From assembly GCF_009914755.1 (NCBI RefSeq), contig NC_060931.1: a stretch of 64,000 nucleotides of DNA. One strand, given 5' to 3'. Numbering within the stretch: position 1 is the first letter of the stretch; the number at the start of each line of letters is the position of its first letter. The position numbers were made by a program, and so were the translations under genes. Positions 16,011 through 29,992 of this stretch are shown in pieces. Below the pieces are notes generated by a model that was not told where the DNA came from, did no database searches, and saw nothing but the letters and a program-made list of their open reading frames with translations. Source of the DNA: the human T2T-CHM13v2.0 reference genome, Homo sapiens.

Positions 16011-17924
16011 CTACAGCCCTTGGCATCTTGGGAGGAAATTTAAAATGAGCTCTCAGTGCTCTCAAGCAGCATTGTATTGGTTTCTCTGGTTGTGTAATTA
16101 GGTTTTTGATTACAAATGTGTGTTAATGGACAGATCCATGTGTTCATTTGTTGCTGGTTGTGGTTGTGATACTTCCGTTGAGATTTGCAGTGTGTTCCGG
16201 ACATACAGTGTGACATTTCTGTGGTAAGGCTTCTGGTCAGCGGAAGATTGATGATGTATTTTAACCCCTGATGACTAGGAAACCTCTCTCCCTTGGGAGA
16301 CTGAGTGTGTGGCCAGTGTTTGGCAGGGTGACTTCTTGCAGTGGAATTCTGAAGCTCAGACTCGTGTTCTATTTCTTTTTTGCCAACCTTTGGGGCTAGG
16401 TCATGAAGGGTCTTTTCACAGTGGAAACCATTTTCGCTCAATTAGTTGGATGAAAACAAAGGCTGCCCCATGCCCTGTGGTTATTGCTTTACAAGCTAGA
16501 GGCTCAGATTGAATTGCAGGCTCCCTAGGTCGCTGGAGACAGGAATGCTGTGGTGGCTTCACCCCCATGGAGAGGGCTGGGTTTGAAAGCATCTTGTAGC
16601 CACCTTGCTGGTTGACTTAATAGGGAAGAAGGTAACCCTGCAGGAGAAGCCTTTCCCAGTCTAGCGTAGTGTTGAGAAGACATTCTGGGAATATGCTAAC
16701 AAAACTCCTTAAAAGTTTTTTGATCCATTTCCTTTTTTAAAAAAGAAACAACACACAAAACATGCCAATCAGATGGCAGAACCCAGAGTCTTTCATGTCA
16801 CAATGTGTCCATTTACTACAGCATTTAGTAGATCAATAATACCTTTAGCTTGAAGTAGTTAACAAGCATACCTTTCAGTGTTACTTTTATTTTCTGCTCC
16901 CTGTAGCACTTAGCAAAATCCCATTATGCAATTGGGTAGTATTAAATGTTAAAAAGTTAATTTGTTCTGCATTCCATTAAAATTGCTTTTTTTTTTCATG
17001 TGAATTGGTCCTTACATCTTGTTTAAAACCTATAATTTAAGCTCAAACTGTAGTAAGGTCTTGAGTAACCTTTTGCCCTTGCTACCTTAATTATTCTTCA
17101 TCACACACATTATTTCAGGATTGTGACAATGGGTTAACTATTTGCTAGTTAATGAAAATATCTGTCACTTAAGAAATATATGGACTTGAAGTTTTAATTA
17201 AAATTGTATATCAATAATGAAATAAAATGTACCTTTTTTGATGAAAATATATTTTAAAATATTGCTTTCTTTCTTTTTGAAATAACCATTCCTTGGTTAA
17301 GGCCAAATGATTGATTAAGCTGTTGATGGAAATGGGGAGCTTGTTTCCATTTTAAAGTATTAAAACATTTGCTTTTTAAATGTAATGGTTTTCTAATTAC
17401 ATTCATTGTCACCTTATATAAATATGCTTAGAGATTGTCTTATAATAATAAAATGTCGTGGAACCAGATCCTAATGGTGGTGTGGCAAAAATGCCTCATA
17501 TTTCTTGATTCCAAATATATTAGATAACTTTTTTTGTATTTTTCAAACTTATAGTGAATAAATAATAAGTAGGAAATGAAATTTCCTGAAACTAAGCTAA
17601 ATATCTTAAGAGCATTTGGTGCTTTGTTTGGCCTGTTTTTATTTGATAATCTGTATACTTCATTAAAAATCATCAGGTTCAGAGAGATTACTGATAATTG
17701 CAAACTTAATTCTTAGCAGTAGAGACTGTCTGGCATACAAAGCCCTTAAAATTACCTTGAATTTTTTTTAGCCTAGAGAGTTTACATCTTTATGTCACAT
17801 CAAAGAGAAAAAAGAAAACAAAAAATTGGTGGTGGTGGGGGCAGATGGTGGAAGAAAGATATGAACAGATCCTGAGAATAATGGAGTTTTTAATTTGAAG
17901 AAGTTTTGGAAATTAGGTTCAGTT

Positions 17925-18200
17925 ACCTCATTTCACAGGAGAATAAAAAGAAGCCTCAAATATTCAATGACCTGCCCAAAGTTCTGCGTTATTAATAACT
18001 GAGATGGGACAAGAACCAGGGTTTCTGAGACAATTTGTTGGTTTTGAAAGAGATTTTGGGGTCAGACAAATCTGGTTTTCAACCCTGACTACCTTTGTAA
18101 GCTCTGGCAGATTATTGAAGTGCTCTGAACCTCATTTTTATCTTCTGTAAAATGGGGATGATATTCCATTGTGTGATTTCATGAGATAATGGATTTGAAG
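17925..18200. mobile_element. Two MIR fragments in opposite orientation
   Basis: tgacctgcccaaag (minus, about 17970) and gtcagacaaatctgg...tctgaacctcattttatcttctgtaaaatgggg (plus). Confidence 0.65.
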
Positions 18201-20679
18201 ACTGAGCTTCGGTTCTGACCCTTCCAAATGGCTTATCAGTGCTGGCTCCCTTCCCTTTGCTAGGTCAGTGTCTTCTCTACAACACAGTGTTGTGTATTGT
18301 AGCAAGTCACTTATGCCAAACAAGACCCTGACTATTTTGGCAATGAGGTCTGGGTTTGCTGCCTGACCAGCACCAGACACGGGGACACTAGTATGCACCT
18401 GGCTTATGATGATACTGTTACGAGGTTTGGGCAGGAATCCATGCTGAAGCCATGCAGCAGGTGCTTTGGTTCTGTGGCCTCGGGACTCCTGCATTTCCCT
18501 ACTCTTGTTTGATAGCATAGCCGAGAAATCCACAGAGACAGAGATGATGCTGAGGAGCCCACTGCTTTTTTTTCTTGGAAAAGAAATGTTCCATGGAAAC
18601 TTTTCCTGTGAACCCTCTTTGAGAGATTTATGCAGATTATAAAGTCAAAAGAAGCGGTCATTCCAGACTTTTCTTTCCAGGCAGACAGGCCAAAACATAA
18701 TTTTAGCAGGTATTAGTAAAAATTGAGAAGTATTTTGTGTATGCTGGGATTCTTGCCAGGCTCTGTGTTTGCAACTCCCAAGACATTGCTAAGGTGAAAG
18801 TTTTTCTTCACTACCCTTGGAAGATTGTTGAAACAAGCCGGCCACTATTCTTTTCCATTGCATCCGTATCATCGAGGCCTCTCTAGACACTGTTTTGTGG
18901 CATCTTGGGCCAACACAAATTGATTTGCTTTTCAGCGAAAGAACTTCATGCAGAATGTTGACTGCAGGTGTGTTTTGGAGGAGGCAGTAAAGGAGTAGAA
19001 ATGGAAGGATTGATCATTAGATAAAGCAGGTTTAAGTCATTTGGCTATTTAAACTGTAGAACTGCCTGCTTTAATTTGGTGAGGATTTTTAATTTTTTTT
19101 TTTTTTACTGTAAACAAATGATTCTACAAACTGTGAGTCCAAGTAGGTACGTCCAAGGAATTTACAGCGACTTTTACATGATTGAAGATAGAACTTTGAA
19201 TTTGTTTAGAAGAAAAAAGATCTAGTCGTGAGGGAGTGCAAAACATACACCATTTAAAAATACTCCCTGTCATACATCATAATCAACTATTGCATGTGTA
19301 GCCATTTATTAATATGTGAGCATGATGATACTTGGTGTGTATGTTTGTAAACTATATCCATTTTGTTAGTTGAAAATATTCTTAATTATTCATAGAAATG
19401 TATAAACCTCCATGAGAACGTTTTAACCAGATGTAGCAAAGACCTAGGCATACTTTATTGATCATTTTGTACAGAACATTAGGGAATGTTCCAGCAGAGT
19501 GCAGCAAAAGCTAGTTATTGCAAAACATACTCTTGTCTTTTCTTAGTCAGTCTGGAATGTTGAGATATAGAGGGATTTAAGATTTTAAAAATGATGGAAA
19601 CAAACAGTAGAGATCTTGGAACAATGTTCTATGTGCACTCCTGCTCCCCATCCTCTGAGAAGGCCTCAAACAAGAAAAGCATTCTCTAATTTACTAAGTA
19701 ACACTGATCTTTCTTAAAGAAAGGACATGGTTGGTACCTCCAGATAACACTTGAAAATTAGCATGGTGTATTTTACTTGCTTTTCTTTTCAATATAACTT
19801 TTTAAAAAAGTACACAAGTACTAAATATCAGAATTCTTTGTCAGAAAATACAGAAAAGGGAAGGGAATAAAAATAAACAATACCCTAATTGCACCACCCA
19901 GAAAATCATAGTTTAAATTTAGTATATAGCCTTCCAGATTTATGAATGTGTTGGATTATGTATAAATATAAATAAGAAATAGAAATATTTTTAAATTGGG
20001 TCATAAGGTACATACTGTTTGGAAAGTGCTTTTTCTTGTAAATATAAATTGTATGTACGGTTATAGCTGCTATAGCTTTTCGTAAATATAGTTAACTCTG
20101 GTTGCTAGTTTCAGTTATGTTTGTATGGTATGCTCCTGTCTTTTAAAAAATGTGTGACATATTACTTCACAGTAACATGTAAGTAATTCATTTTACTTTG
20201 TGAATAAATATTATTCTGATGCAGACCACTGTATATTTGATGTGTACCACAAAGAATAAATATTTACCATAGCAGAATTAGCTGATTTTTCTTACTGTTG
20301 GTGATTTACTTTAAGAAGCTTCTCTTTCTAACTTCTAGCCCATTTTTAGAGAGAAAGTGATATTTTTTAGTGGTTTGTGATTACATAGTGATGATACTTT
20401 AATTGTGTTGGTGTTTTTAAGAATATTGGCTAAGTAGTAAAATAGTTGCCCAACTTTTCCTGCTTTCTAGCTACCACAATTCAATTACTTTTGATTGTCC
20501 TGCTTTAAATTCCTACTTTATAATAATTATGTCTTCTGTTTATAATGTGATAATTTAAGAATAGAAGCACAAAAGATTATATTTGGCTCTCAACAATGAG
20601 AAGACAGCTAATTACCAGAGAAACAGAGCTATCAGATTTTTAAAGAAAAGTATAATTAATAAATGCGAATGTTCAGTTT

Positions 20680-20824
20680 ATTTTTTATTTTTATTTTTTA
20701 AAAATAAAGACAGGGTCTTGCTGTGTTTCCCAGGCTGGTCTCAAACTCTTGGCCTCAAGCAATCCTCTCGCCTTTTCCTCCTAAAGTGCTGGGATTACAG
20801 GCATGAGCCATCCGTGCCTGGCCT
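20680..20824 (-). mobile_element. FLAM / Alu left monomer
   Basis: Single left arm with T-tail; TSD t(c/t)agtttat. Confidence 0.85.
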
Positions 20825-21308
20825 TAGTTTATATATGAGCACATCTGTTTGAATTATGTCTGGCACATGAATGTCCCTGAAGGAATACTGGCTGGAAGAG
20901 AACTTGGGGTGACTAGGTCAATGACCCTTCTATCAGAACTGAATGCCGCTTTCCAAACAGGCCAGGACAGTGATCATGAGTGCCAGGGATCGGAACACTT
21001 TGCTGATTTAGGAGGTAGAAAGTCAGCCAAATTGGAAGCTGTAGCCATGTTAAAGATACTACAGAAGCTACCTGCTGAGGGGCTGAGACATTAACAGGCC
21101 TGGCTACGTGATAAGATTGACCACAAAAGCACAAGTGCGGACCCGATTCCATAGCAGAGAACATCTGCCTCTGCTGCTGGGGTCAGGAGCAGCCTGGAGC
21201 CTGTGGGAATACAGCAGGGGAGGCATGTATCACCTTGCTGTAACCACTGGTTCTTCAAGCACAAAATCAAAAAGATAGAATTTTAAAATGAAAATGTATA
21301 CCTTGGGG

Positions 21309-21328
21309 GTGTGTGTGTGTGTGTGTGT
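21309..21328. repeat. (GT)n microsatellite
   Basis: About 10 GT units. Confidence 0.9.
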
Positions 21329-22299
21329 TTCTAGCTATAAGGGGATGAGAAAAACAAAGGTTTTTGAGTCAGGGCCCACGGGTGTGCACACTGTGCTTCT
21401 GGTAGCAGGGTCTAGGATTAAGAGGGCCTTTCATATGATGTGTGAAGAATATATAAATGTAGAAAGCAAAAAAAAAAAAGTATTTAAAAATCTTGCATTG
21501 TTTCAGCAACACAATTCAGAGTCAGTAAACTTCAGAAATTATAGGTGCCCCAGGAAATAAATTAAAGGCCTGGGATCATTACTTTACAAGAATGAGCATA
21601 CCAGGACATTTCGAGACCAAATTTAGTTTCTGTTCCTTCTTCAAAGACAAAACTTGAAGTCTTCTTTCAGTATGTTAATTTAAACCTCTCTAAAAACCTT
21701 GTAATTGGGGTAAGCAGCCACCAGGGGGTAGCCATGATTTGGTTAAAATTACAAGTCTGACTAGTAAAGCTTTTTCCCAGGTGGGAAAGTGAAAGGACCA
21801 CTTTGATTCCTTTTTGAAGTGAAGCAAATAAAATGAAAAGAAAGTTCAGTAAATTTTACTAAACTTTCAATTAATTTCTTGATTGGTTTAAAGGACACTT
21901 TTTGAGTTTTCAGCTACTCAGTGGCATTTTTTTGCTCCGGCCACCAGCAATACAGTCTGTCTCAAACTTGACATTAACTAATGATGAACTTTGCTTTTCT
22001 CATCACCTTGTAGCTGGAAAAACACACACATACACTATGTGTATTGTATATTTAAAAAAATTCTATCTTTTTGATTTCATGCTTGAAGAACAAGTGGTTC
22101 CAGCAAGGTGATTATGGAAGAATATAGGAAAACTTGGCTTATCATTTCCAGAGAATAGAGAGAAGATTACTTTCTATTCTTATAAAAGGAGAGAACTCTT
22201 CCTTTTCCAAAGAACAGTTTTCTGCTGCCAGCTAGATGCTGCTTGAAATGTATACATTTGACACTTTAGTAGTTCTGAAATTTGCTTTGGGTTCAGTCT

Positions 22300-22420
22300 G
22301 GAGGGGAACATTAAAAAATACAGATTCCTGAGCTCCACCCTTAGACTCACCAAATTTCAAACGAGAAGAGATGTTTTTTTTAAAAGGTTCCCTGGTGATT
22401 CTGAGGCAGGGTCCAGGAAA
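22300..22420. mobile_element. MER5A-like hAT-Charlie fragment
   Basis: aaaatacagattcctgagctccaccc...ttccctggtgattctga. Confidence 0.65.
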
Positions 22421-23250
22421 ATGCCTGGCAGCCTTCTCTCTTGTAATGTGTGAGAACTACACTAGTAAGAGAATATCTCAAAATGAACTTTTAAAAAAGT
22501 TCCTGTTACCAGAAACAGGTATTTAAAAATATCTAAAAAAAGCACATGTAATAAGACTTTAAGCAGAGGGTTTAACAGAATTTTGTAGGAAATTTTAATA
22601 TGCAGACCATAGTGTAATGAAATTTCTTATTTGGGGGTTTCTTCTTTTATACTGATGGCCGTATAATTATAAGATTTTTTTTAATGGAAATGGAAATGTA
22701 CTTCCTTGTTTAGCTGCTATTTAAGAAGGATCTAGAATATGGAGTAACTGAAGTTCCTGTTATAACTTAAGAGATTTGATCACTCAGAGTAACAGATGTG
22801 CAAGTAGATACTCACCATCATGTTATGGTAAAAAAATTTAAAAAGTTTATGATTTTTTGGATATAAATTAATATTTTAAAAATGTTTATTGACCTCTTCT
22901 TCCCCTAAAGTATGAAATAAAGGGGAAGTGATCACATTCTATTTTACAGACAAGAAACTGAGCAGTGAGGAGGAAAACCACTTATCTAAGGACATTCTAA
23001 TCTACAGTAAACACATAGAAGAGTATTGGGTTATTTTGATTCCTGTGCCATTTTGTTATCTACCATTCTACATAAATGGAGAAGTTCTCCTCCCTTCCCA
23101 ACCCTATGTCTAAACTTACAGTCTAGTTATAGATCCCATTGTTAGTCTTTCTACTTAGACCCCACTTTATCCAGTGGAGCTCAATTATTATTATTAATTT
23201 TTATCATTACTTATTTTAAAGTATGATGATAATACAAACAGGCACACTTT

Positions 23251-23479
23251 AAAAAAATTTTTTATTTTAATTTTAAGTTCCAGGGTACATATGCAGGATG
23301 TGCACGTTTGTTACATAGGTAAACGTGTGCCACGGTGGTTTGCTGCACTTATCAGCCCATCACCTAGGTATTAAGCCCAGCATGCATTAGCTGTATTTCC
23401 TAATGCTCTCCCTCCCCCACAGCCCCCTCCAGAGGCCCCAGTGTGTGTTGTTCCCCTCCCTGTGTCCATGTGTTCTCAT
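23251..23479 (-). mobile_element. 5'-truncated L1PA (PA8-10-like) 3' end
   Basis: catcacctaggtattaagcccagcatgcattagc; TSD aaacaggcaca(c/t)ttt at 23236-23250 and 23480-23494. Confidence 0.9.
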
Positions 23480-24419
23480 AAACAGGCACATTTTTGAGAG
23501 ACAGTCTAGTCAGGTGATGGATGCTGTGTCGAAATGGACAGCAGCTTGCGTGTCTGGTCTTTCCTCCTTAAAAGGCTCAGAAACTAAAGGCGCTGTTATG
23601 AGAGGAGTTGGAAGAAGTGGGGAATTAAGAGACTTCTTTTGGGACCTAGTTAAGCAGAGATGCTATTGTCTTACTTTTGAAATACCAAGTGGGCCTTGCT
23701 GTATTTTATTTTAGTGTTGAGCTTCAGATACCTAAGCCAGTGTCTTTTGCTGCTCACTTATGAGATCCAGCTTGACCTTACAGTGGCAATCATGTTAAAA
23801 GAGAACAAACTAAAGTAAGCACAAACAGAAACTTAGAATTAGTTCTAAACAAATGTGGATCTAATTTTTTACATTAAAATAAAACCAAAAGGAAGGCTGA
23901 CTTTAGGTAACATTTATCAAATTTAGACTAAAATAAACCAAGAAGTTTATAAGGTCCAGTTTGTGGAGTAAAATATTGGCATGAAGAGAACGGAAACATT
24001 GCATGTAGGAAAATGTACGGGAGTAGAATTAGAGAAGGAAAAATCACTAGTCATGACCCGATGTTACTACAGCCACACCAGCTTACTTATAATAGGAATT
24101 CAGTGTGTTACAACAAAGAGGGTTCTGTAAATGCACCATGATAAAAATGGCAAATACTTATAATAGCTGCTATTTTTTGAGCACTTACTGAGTGCCAGCT
24201 ATTGCTAAGCACTTTACCTACATTATCTCAATTATTTTAAAGGGTTCTGTTGTACAGAGGGACTCTGTAATGTTTTGCCTTCAATAACTTAATGCTTTTA
24301 AAGAGCATTTCTTTATGTAAACACTTCCCCGTGGATTTGGGATTCTAGGAAATAAATGGGAAAATATTAGCTAACCTTGTACAAGAGAGAATGATGGTGT
24401 TGGGCATATGCTATAAACT

Positions 24420-24650
24420 CTCCCCAGATTTCCCAAACTGTGATCCAAGGAATATTCTTCTGGGAGATATTAATAGATGTTCTGTAAAAAATGGGTTTTG
24501 AAGCACTGCATTCTGTGTCCTTCTGCTGGGGATTCACTAAGCCACATTCGGTTGTTAAAGGATCTGAGAAGTTCTGCTTTAAAAAAAAAAACGGAGTTTT
24601 TTAAAAAACTATGTTTACTATTTCCTTAATTTAACTACAGAACACCTTGA
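24420..24650. mobile_element. MER103/Charlie-like fragment
   Basis: tttcccaaactgtg...ttaaaggatctgagaagttctgc; a related copy lies at about 26925-27075. Confidence 0.5.
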
Positions 24651-24703
24651 GAGGAGCGGTCAGGGAGAGAGGATTGGAGAACATTCCATGAGTGCCTAGT
24701 TGG

Positions 24704-25238
24704 TATTGGGAGACAATTCTGCTGGGTGTCTTTTGTTTCTGTGCATCTTGTGAGCGGAGGGACTAGTCAGTGCCTTTGTTCTGTACTATATTCTGTACTA
24801 TATTTTCAAAAAGGATATTTTATAGAGAATACCCTTAGACAACAGAGGTAGTATCTCCCTGCAGAGCAGAGGGTAGGTTGTTTACTATCTAGTACAACAA
24901 ACACAATTAATCCTTCCAGAACAAGGTTTAAGCATGATTACTGACCATTATAAAAGATTTGGGTTCCCTAAGCTCAGGGTTCTTCTCCTGTAACACAACC
25001 CCTCCGCATGTGCAGATGTCACCTTCTTGGCCCTTTTCACATTACCTGTGGGAATCTGGGCTCAGGGAACTGGCACAAATGCTGATGTTCTGGGTACTCT
25101 TGTTGCTTTAAGTAGTAAAATCTTTTGCTTCTGACCTAGCAGTCTTGAATCTTTTGCAAGCATCCGTGAAACCATGGCAGATAAACTTGTTAATTTGCAA
25201 TTACAGTAAAATCTTAGACCTTTCACAATTCCTGAAGG
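24704..25238 (+). mobile_element. ERVL solo LTR (LTR53/LTR47-like)
   Basis: t(a)ttgggagacaattct start, tataaaaga TATA box (about 24949), aaatcttagacctttcaca end, 5-bp gttgg on both flanks. Family name from memory. Confidence 0.7.
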
Positions 25239-25699
25239 GTTGGGTGGAGTAGGGTGAGAGATAAGAATAGAGTGGCTGGGGCAAAACTGTGAAGAATGGA
25301 GAAAACACAGGACTGCAAAGTTAAGCATCTTCCAAACAGTCTGGACTATTGACTTTCCTGGCAATGTTGCTCCTTTGAGCCAATTAATCTCAGTTCCTAT
25401 AGATTTCCTTTTAGGTTTTATTGACTAGATATCAATTATGTTTTGCTACTGTTCTTTTCTGTGCTTGATTTTTCCAGGTGTAGAATTTGTTTATATAATG
25501 AAATACCAAATGGTGCTGGATTATTAGTTTTACAGTTCTTGTACATTTAGGGAAAGAAAGACTAGGCAATTTACTCTGCTTGGCAGTTTACACGGGTTTT
25601 CTGATGTAATCATTCATATTATTCAGGATTTTGGTATTTTATTCTGAAATTTACATGTGAAGAAATTTGATGCTCTTCGAGGTGGTTCTTATAATATTC

Positions 25700-25925
25700 A
25701 TTGCTATCATTTATGGAGTGCTTACTAAACACCAGCTACTGTGTAGCTAAGCGTAGGATATTTTCTTATTTAATCCTCATAATGACCCTAACTAGTTACT
25801 ATTATTATCCTTATTTTATGCATGAGGAAACTGATAACCAGAGAGGAAGTGATCACCCCCAGGCCAGGTAATTAGAGCTGTGATTTAAATACACGTATGT
25901 ATGTATGACTTCAATATCCAGTTTT
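25700..25925 (-). mobile_element. MIR
   Basis: ttaatcctcataatgaccct...attttatgcatgaggaaactga. Confidence 0.75.
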
Positions 25926-25986
25926 CTCTGTTCCCCTCCACCGTCTGCCAAATTAAAGTTTTATGGCATTATTTGGCTTGAGCTGA

Positions 25987-26115
25987 GGGTGACCATGTAG
26001 TTATAATCCAAACTAGACATTTTGGAGAGGAAAGGGGAACAATATTAATAATTGCACCAGAACAACAGGTATAGTCCAGACTGTCATAGAAAAACAGGGT
26101 GTGTGTTCATTCTAC
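25987..26115. mobile_element. MER94-like hAT-Blackjack MITE
   Basis: agggtgaccat...tccaaactagacattttggagaggaaagggg...attaataatt, about 130 bp. Confidence 0.7.
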
Positions 26116-27429
26116 TGTGCAAATGAAATACCCAAGTAAATAGTAGGATAGATTTTAGTCACATTTGTGCAATTGATTTTTGACAGGTGTGGTTCTAGGA
26201 TATTATCTCCCATTGAGTCAATATGCCGAATTCAAATAGTTTTAAATATTTTATTGTGCTTTTAAAAGTATTTTATTGCCAAGGTAGACCCACCCTTATT
26301 GACAGTTCCAATATAGATAAAATGGATTACTGCACATCCTTTTCTCACACCTCAGTGTTTTATGGGTTTCCAGAACTTAGTGCAGTCCAAAGTAAAGGGA
26401 GTATTTATGACATTTTAAAAAGCAAAACAGGAGATAATTATTCTTTTCTCTCTTCCTCCACCCCCTCAAACTGAAGAACATGATTGACTTGGCTTTATAG
26501 GGTACACATTCCTCATCTAAATGAAACCCAGCTGAGGATGGAAAATTGCAACACTATCTTGTCCTCCTGATGTCAACTGACAAAGGATAAGATACTTAAA
26601 CTTTGCTTTCCTTGACATCCTTTTCAGTGAGAGTTCTAACAAAGAGAGAATAATAATTAATATACAGATCTATAATAACTATGATAGTTTTCTTGTGGTT
26701 TATACATAATTGTTTAATTAGCCTCTACAGGCTACTATGGTAGTTTTGCATTGATTTTTTGTTGTTGTGCTACTTGTTAGAAATTTTTTGACATTGGTGT
26801 TAGGCTAGCTTTGTAAATACATTTTGTGCATTTTTCCATATTGAAATATTTTTGAAGAGTATATTCTATGAAATGATTCTGTGGTCAAATGATATATCTT
26901 TTGGAGATTAACAATACACTTATAAGCATGTTAAAGACTAGGTAAAGTCCTAGAGTGCTAGAAATAGCTTGCTCACTTTGTTTAGTCCAGCATTTCCCAA
27001 ACTTAGACACTGAGTGCTTTTTTTAGTGGAGCATGTATTAACTTTCTGTGGAAGCACACTTTGGAACACATTGGCATATGTGTAGCAGTTTTCTTTTTCA
27101 AAAAAGGCCACCTCTATTTGTTGCTATATCTCCTTTTATTTTATAATTTTGTGTTGCCACTCTCTCCCCTTTTTTGCGTAGCTTTTGCCTTGAAATAAAA
27201 AAAAAAAAAATTCAGCCAGAAGTGTTAGTTATCAGTTACTCTAATTCATTGTACTCTGAATCTCCTTTTGCCTGCCTACCATGATTTGCTTTGCTCCTTT
27301 TTCAAACTTTTTACTTTAATGTTTACATCATTTATTTTTATTCTTTAAGAACACTGAAAGCATTTAAGGCTATGAATTTGTGTTTGAGTATGGCTTTGCC
27401 AACATACCACATTTAAGTGTGGTGATGTT

Positions 27430-27660
27430 GCAGTATGGCTTGGTGAAAATAGCATTGGTTTAGGAAACAGCTAGATCTTTACTAGGATCCTGCCATGGAT
27501 TCCATAATCTTGAGCCTCAGTTTCTGCATTATAAAATGGGGTTAATAATACTTACTTTTCAGAATTGAAAAAAATAAATTTATTTATTTATTTTTTTCTG
27601 TAGAGTTCATAGCACAGTACCTAAAAGGTAGATGGTTGACTAATGAATGCCTTTATTAAT
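27430..27660 (+). mobile_element. MIR
   Basis: tgagcctcagtttctgcattataaaatggggttaataata. Confidence 0.7.
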
Positions 27661-28819
27661 TTTATGTTTTTATAGATACTCTGTAATTTCAATATTGATT
27701 TAGTTTTGTCGCAGTGGTTTCATAGTAGCTGTTTAGGAGAATAACTTTACTTGCCAAATAGCAAAATTAAAAAACCTATAGTTTTGTTAACTGTTTGAAT
27801 TTCATTTTTTTCTGAGACCAGCTTCTCTATGGGAAGGGAGAGTTGCCTTTAGGAAGTTCTAAGCCTGCATTAGCTTGTGGCCCATGAGGAAAGGGTCTTT
27901 TCCCCATGAAGTCAGGTCGATTTAAAAAAATTGGTCTATGGGTCTTACTGGTACCAGGGAGAGTGCTACTAGGATGGGTCCAACCTGGACTACATGCTCA
28001 GGCTGGTGGCCATATAAGGTTAGTTCTGTTACCAATAAGCAGACTAACACAGATGTGTAGCAATTAAAAAGCAGCAGTGAAAAAAGCTAGATATGGTCTC
28101 CCTACAACCAATTAACTGAAATTCGTGTATTCACTCACTTACTCAAAAGATGTTGAGAGTCTGCTCTGTCAAGTAGTATTTAGGCACTTTGGATTTTTCA
28201 GTCAACAAAAAGAAGATCCCAGACTTCATAGGACTTAGGTTCTACTAAACATTTTTCTTATTTATTTGTTAATAATTATGTTTGTTCTCACTAGATATAA
28301 ATTCCATGGACTCAGCAGCTTTTTTCTTGTTCTCTACTGTATCCCTAGCATCTAGAAAATAGTTGGTATGTTATAGTATCTCAGTAAGTGTTTGTTGTAT
28401 AGAGGAAACTTGGGTACTCTTCTGGGAGAATACAAAGTCTTGTTTTACTTTGTGGCCTAGTCACTTATGTGGAGGGAACTCTAGTTCCTTGTTTATCGAA
28501 AGCAGTGGATAAAAGTCCAAATTCTAGAATTTATCCTTCATGTTTTTCCTTATCTCTGCTTCTTTCCTCTATCAATCTCATGTGGATTTAAAATATGATA
28601 AAATCTGGGACAATGTTTTTCTTACCCACCAGTGGCCAATGGACAGTGGAAATTGAATAAACATTTAATAAATGAGTGTTTCGATCATAAGAAATAGGGC
28701 ATGTCTGCCTCTCCCTTGTTGGCTGTTTGCACACTTGGGATTTGCAGTCTTCAATGAATATGAAAAGAGTTGGCCGTAGGTGTTTGTGAGGGAGAAGAGA
28801 AAGATTTGACAATGGTACT

Positions 28820-29149
<330 letters not shown>

Positions 29150-29306
29150 CTAAGAAAGCTGTTCTTGTCCAATAAAGAAGTGACTAATAGCATTCTGGGT
29201 TTGGGTTGATGTAGATTTTTGACTAGGGGAAGGCAGTGGATTTTGGTGGAACTCTTTTTTGAACTTCCAGCCTTCTCTGCTAAATGTGGCTATCCTAGTC
29301 AGAGTC

Positions 29307-29692
29307 CGCTGTGATCTGAATGTTTGTGCCCTTCCCACCAACCCCAAATTCATATATTGAAACTTAATGACCGATGTAATGGTATTAGAAGGTGGAGCCT
29401 TAGGGAGGTGATTAGATCATGAGGGTGGTGCTATCACAAATAGGATCAGTGCCTCCATAAGGAGGCCCCAGAGGTTGCCTTGCCCCTTTTACCATGTGGG
29501 AACACAGCTAGAAGGTGCCATCTATGGACTAGAAATAGGGCTGTCATCAGACATTGAATTGTTAGCACTTTGATCTTGGAATTTCCAGCCACCCGTACTG
29601 TGAGAAATAGATTTCTGTTGTTTATAAGTCACAGATTTATGTGATATTTTGTTTTTGATGTTTTGCTATAGCAGCCCAAATGGACTAAGACA
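29307..29692 (+). mobile_element. MLT1A-like MaLR solo LTR
   Basis: ctgaatgtttgtg...caaattcatatattgaaa...gcagcccaaatggactaagaca. Confidence 0.85.
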
Positions 29693-29992
29693 GAAAGAGA
29701 GCCATATGTTTAATGGAAATTACTCCTGATGTGTGGTCGACATAATACACCATGAATGTTCATACTTTGCACTGCTTTGTAACTGGGCATCTTTTTATAA
29801 TATATGCTTTTGAGGGAATGAACATTGAAATAGGAGAAAAGAGCAAATCAAGCACCACTTGATAGTTACCATGTCAATTGAAAAGTCCCTTATATTTGTC
29901 CTTTTAATGAGCAGCAATGAAAGAGTATTTTATAATATCCCTAAGAAACTCATTCTAGTTTGTTAAACATTTTTGCCAGGATTTTTTTTCTT

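Noticed and set aside
20849-21094. 81-aa ORF with protein-like composition
   Set aside because: No recognisable family, no clear splice or promoter context, no poly(A) or TSD of a retrocopy; the length is expected by chance.
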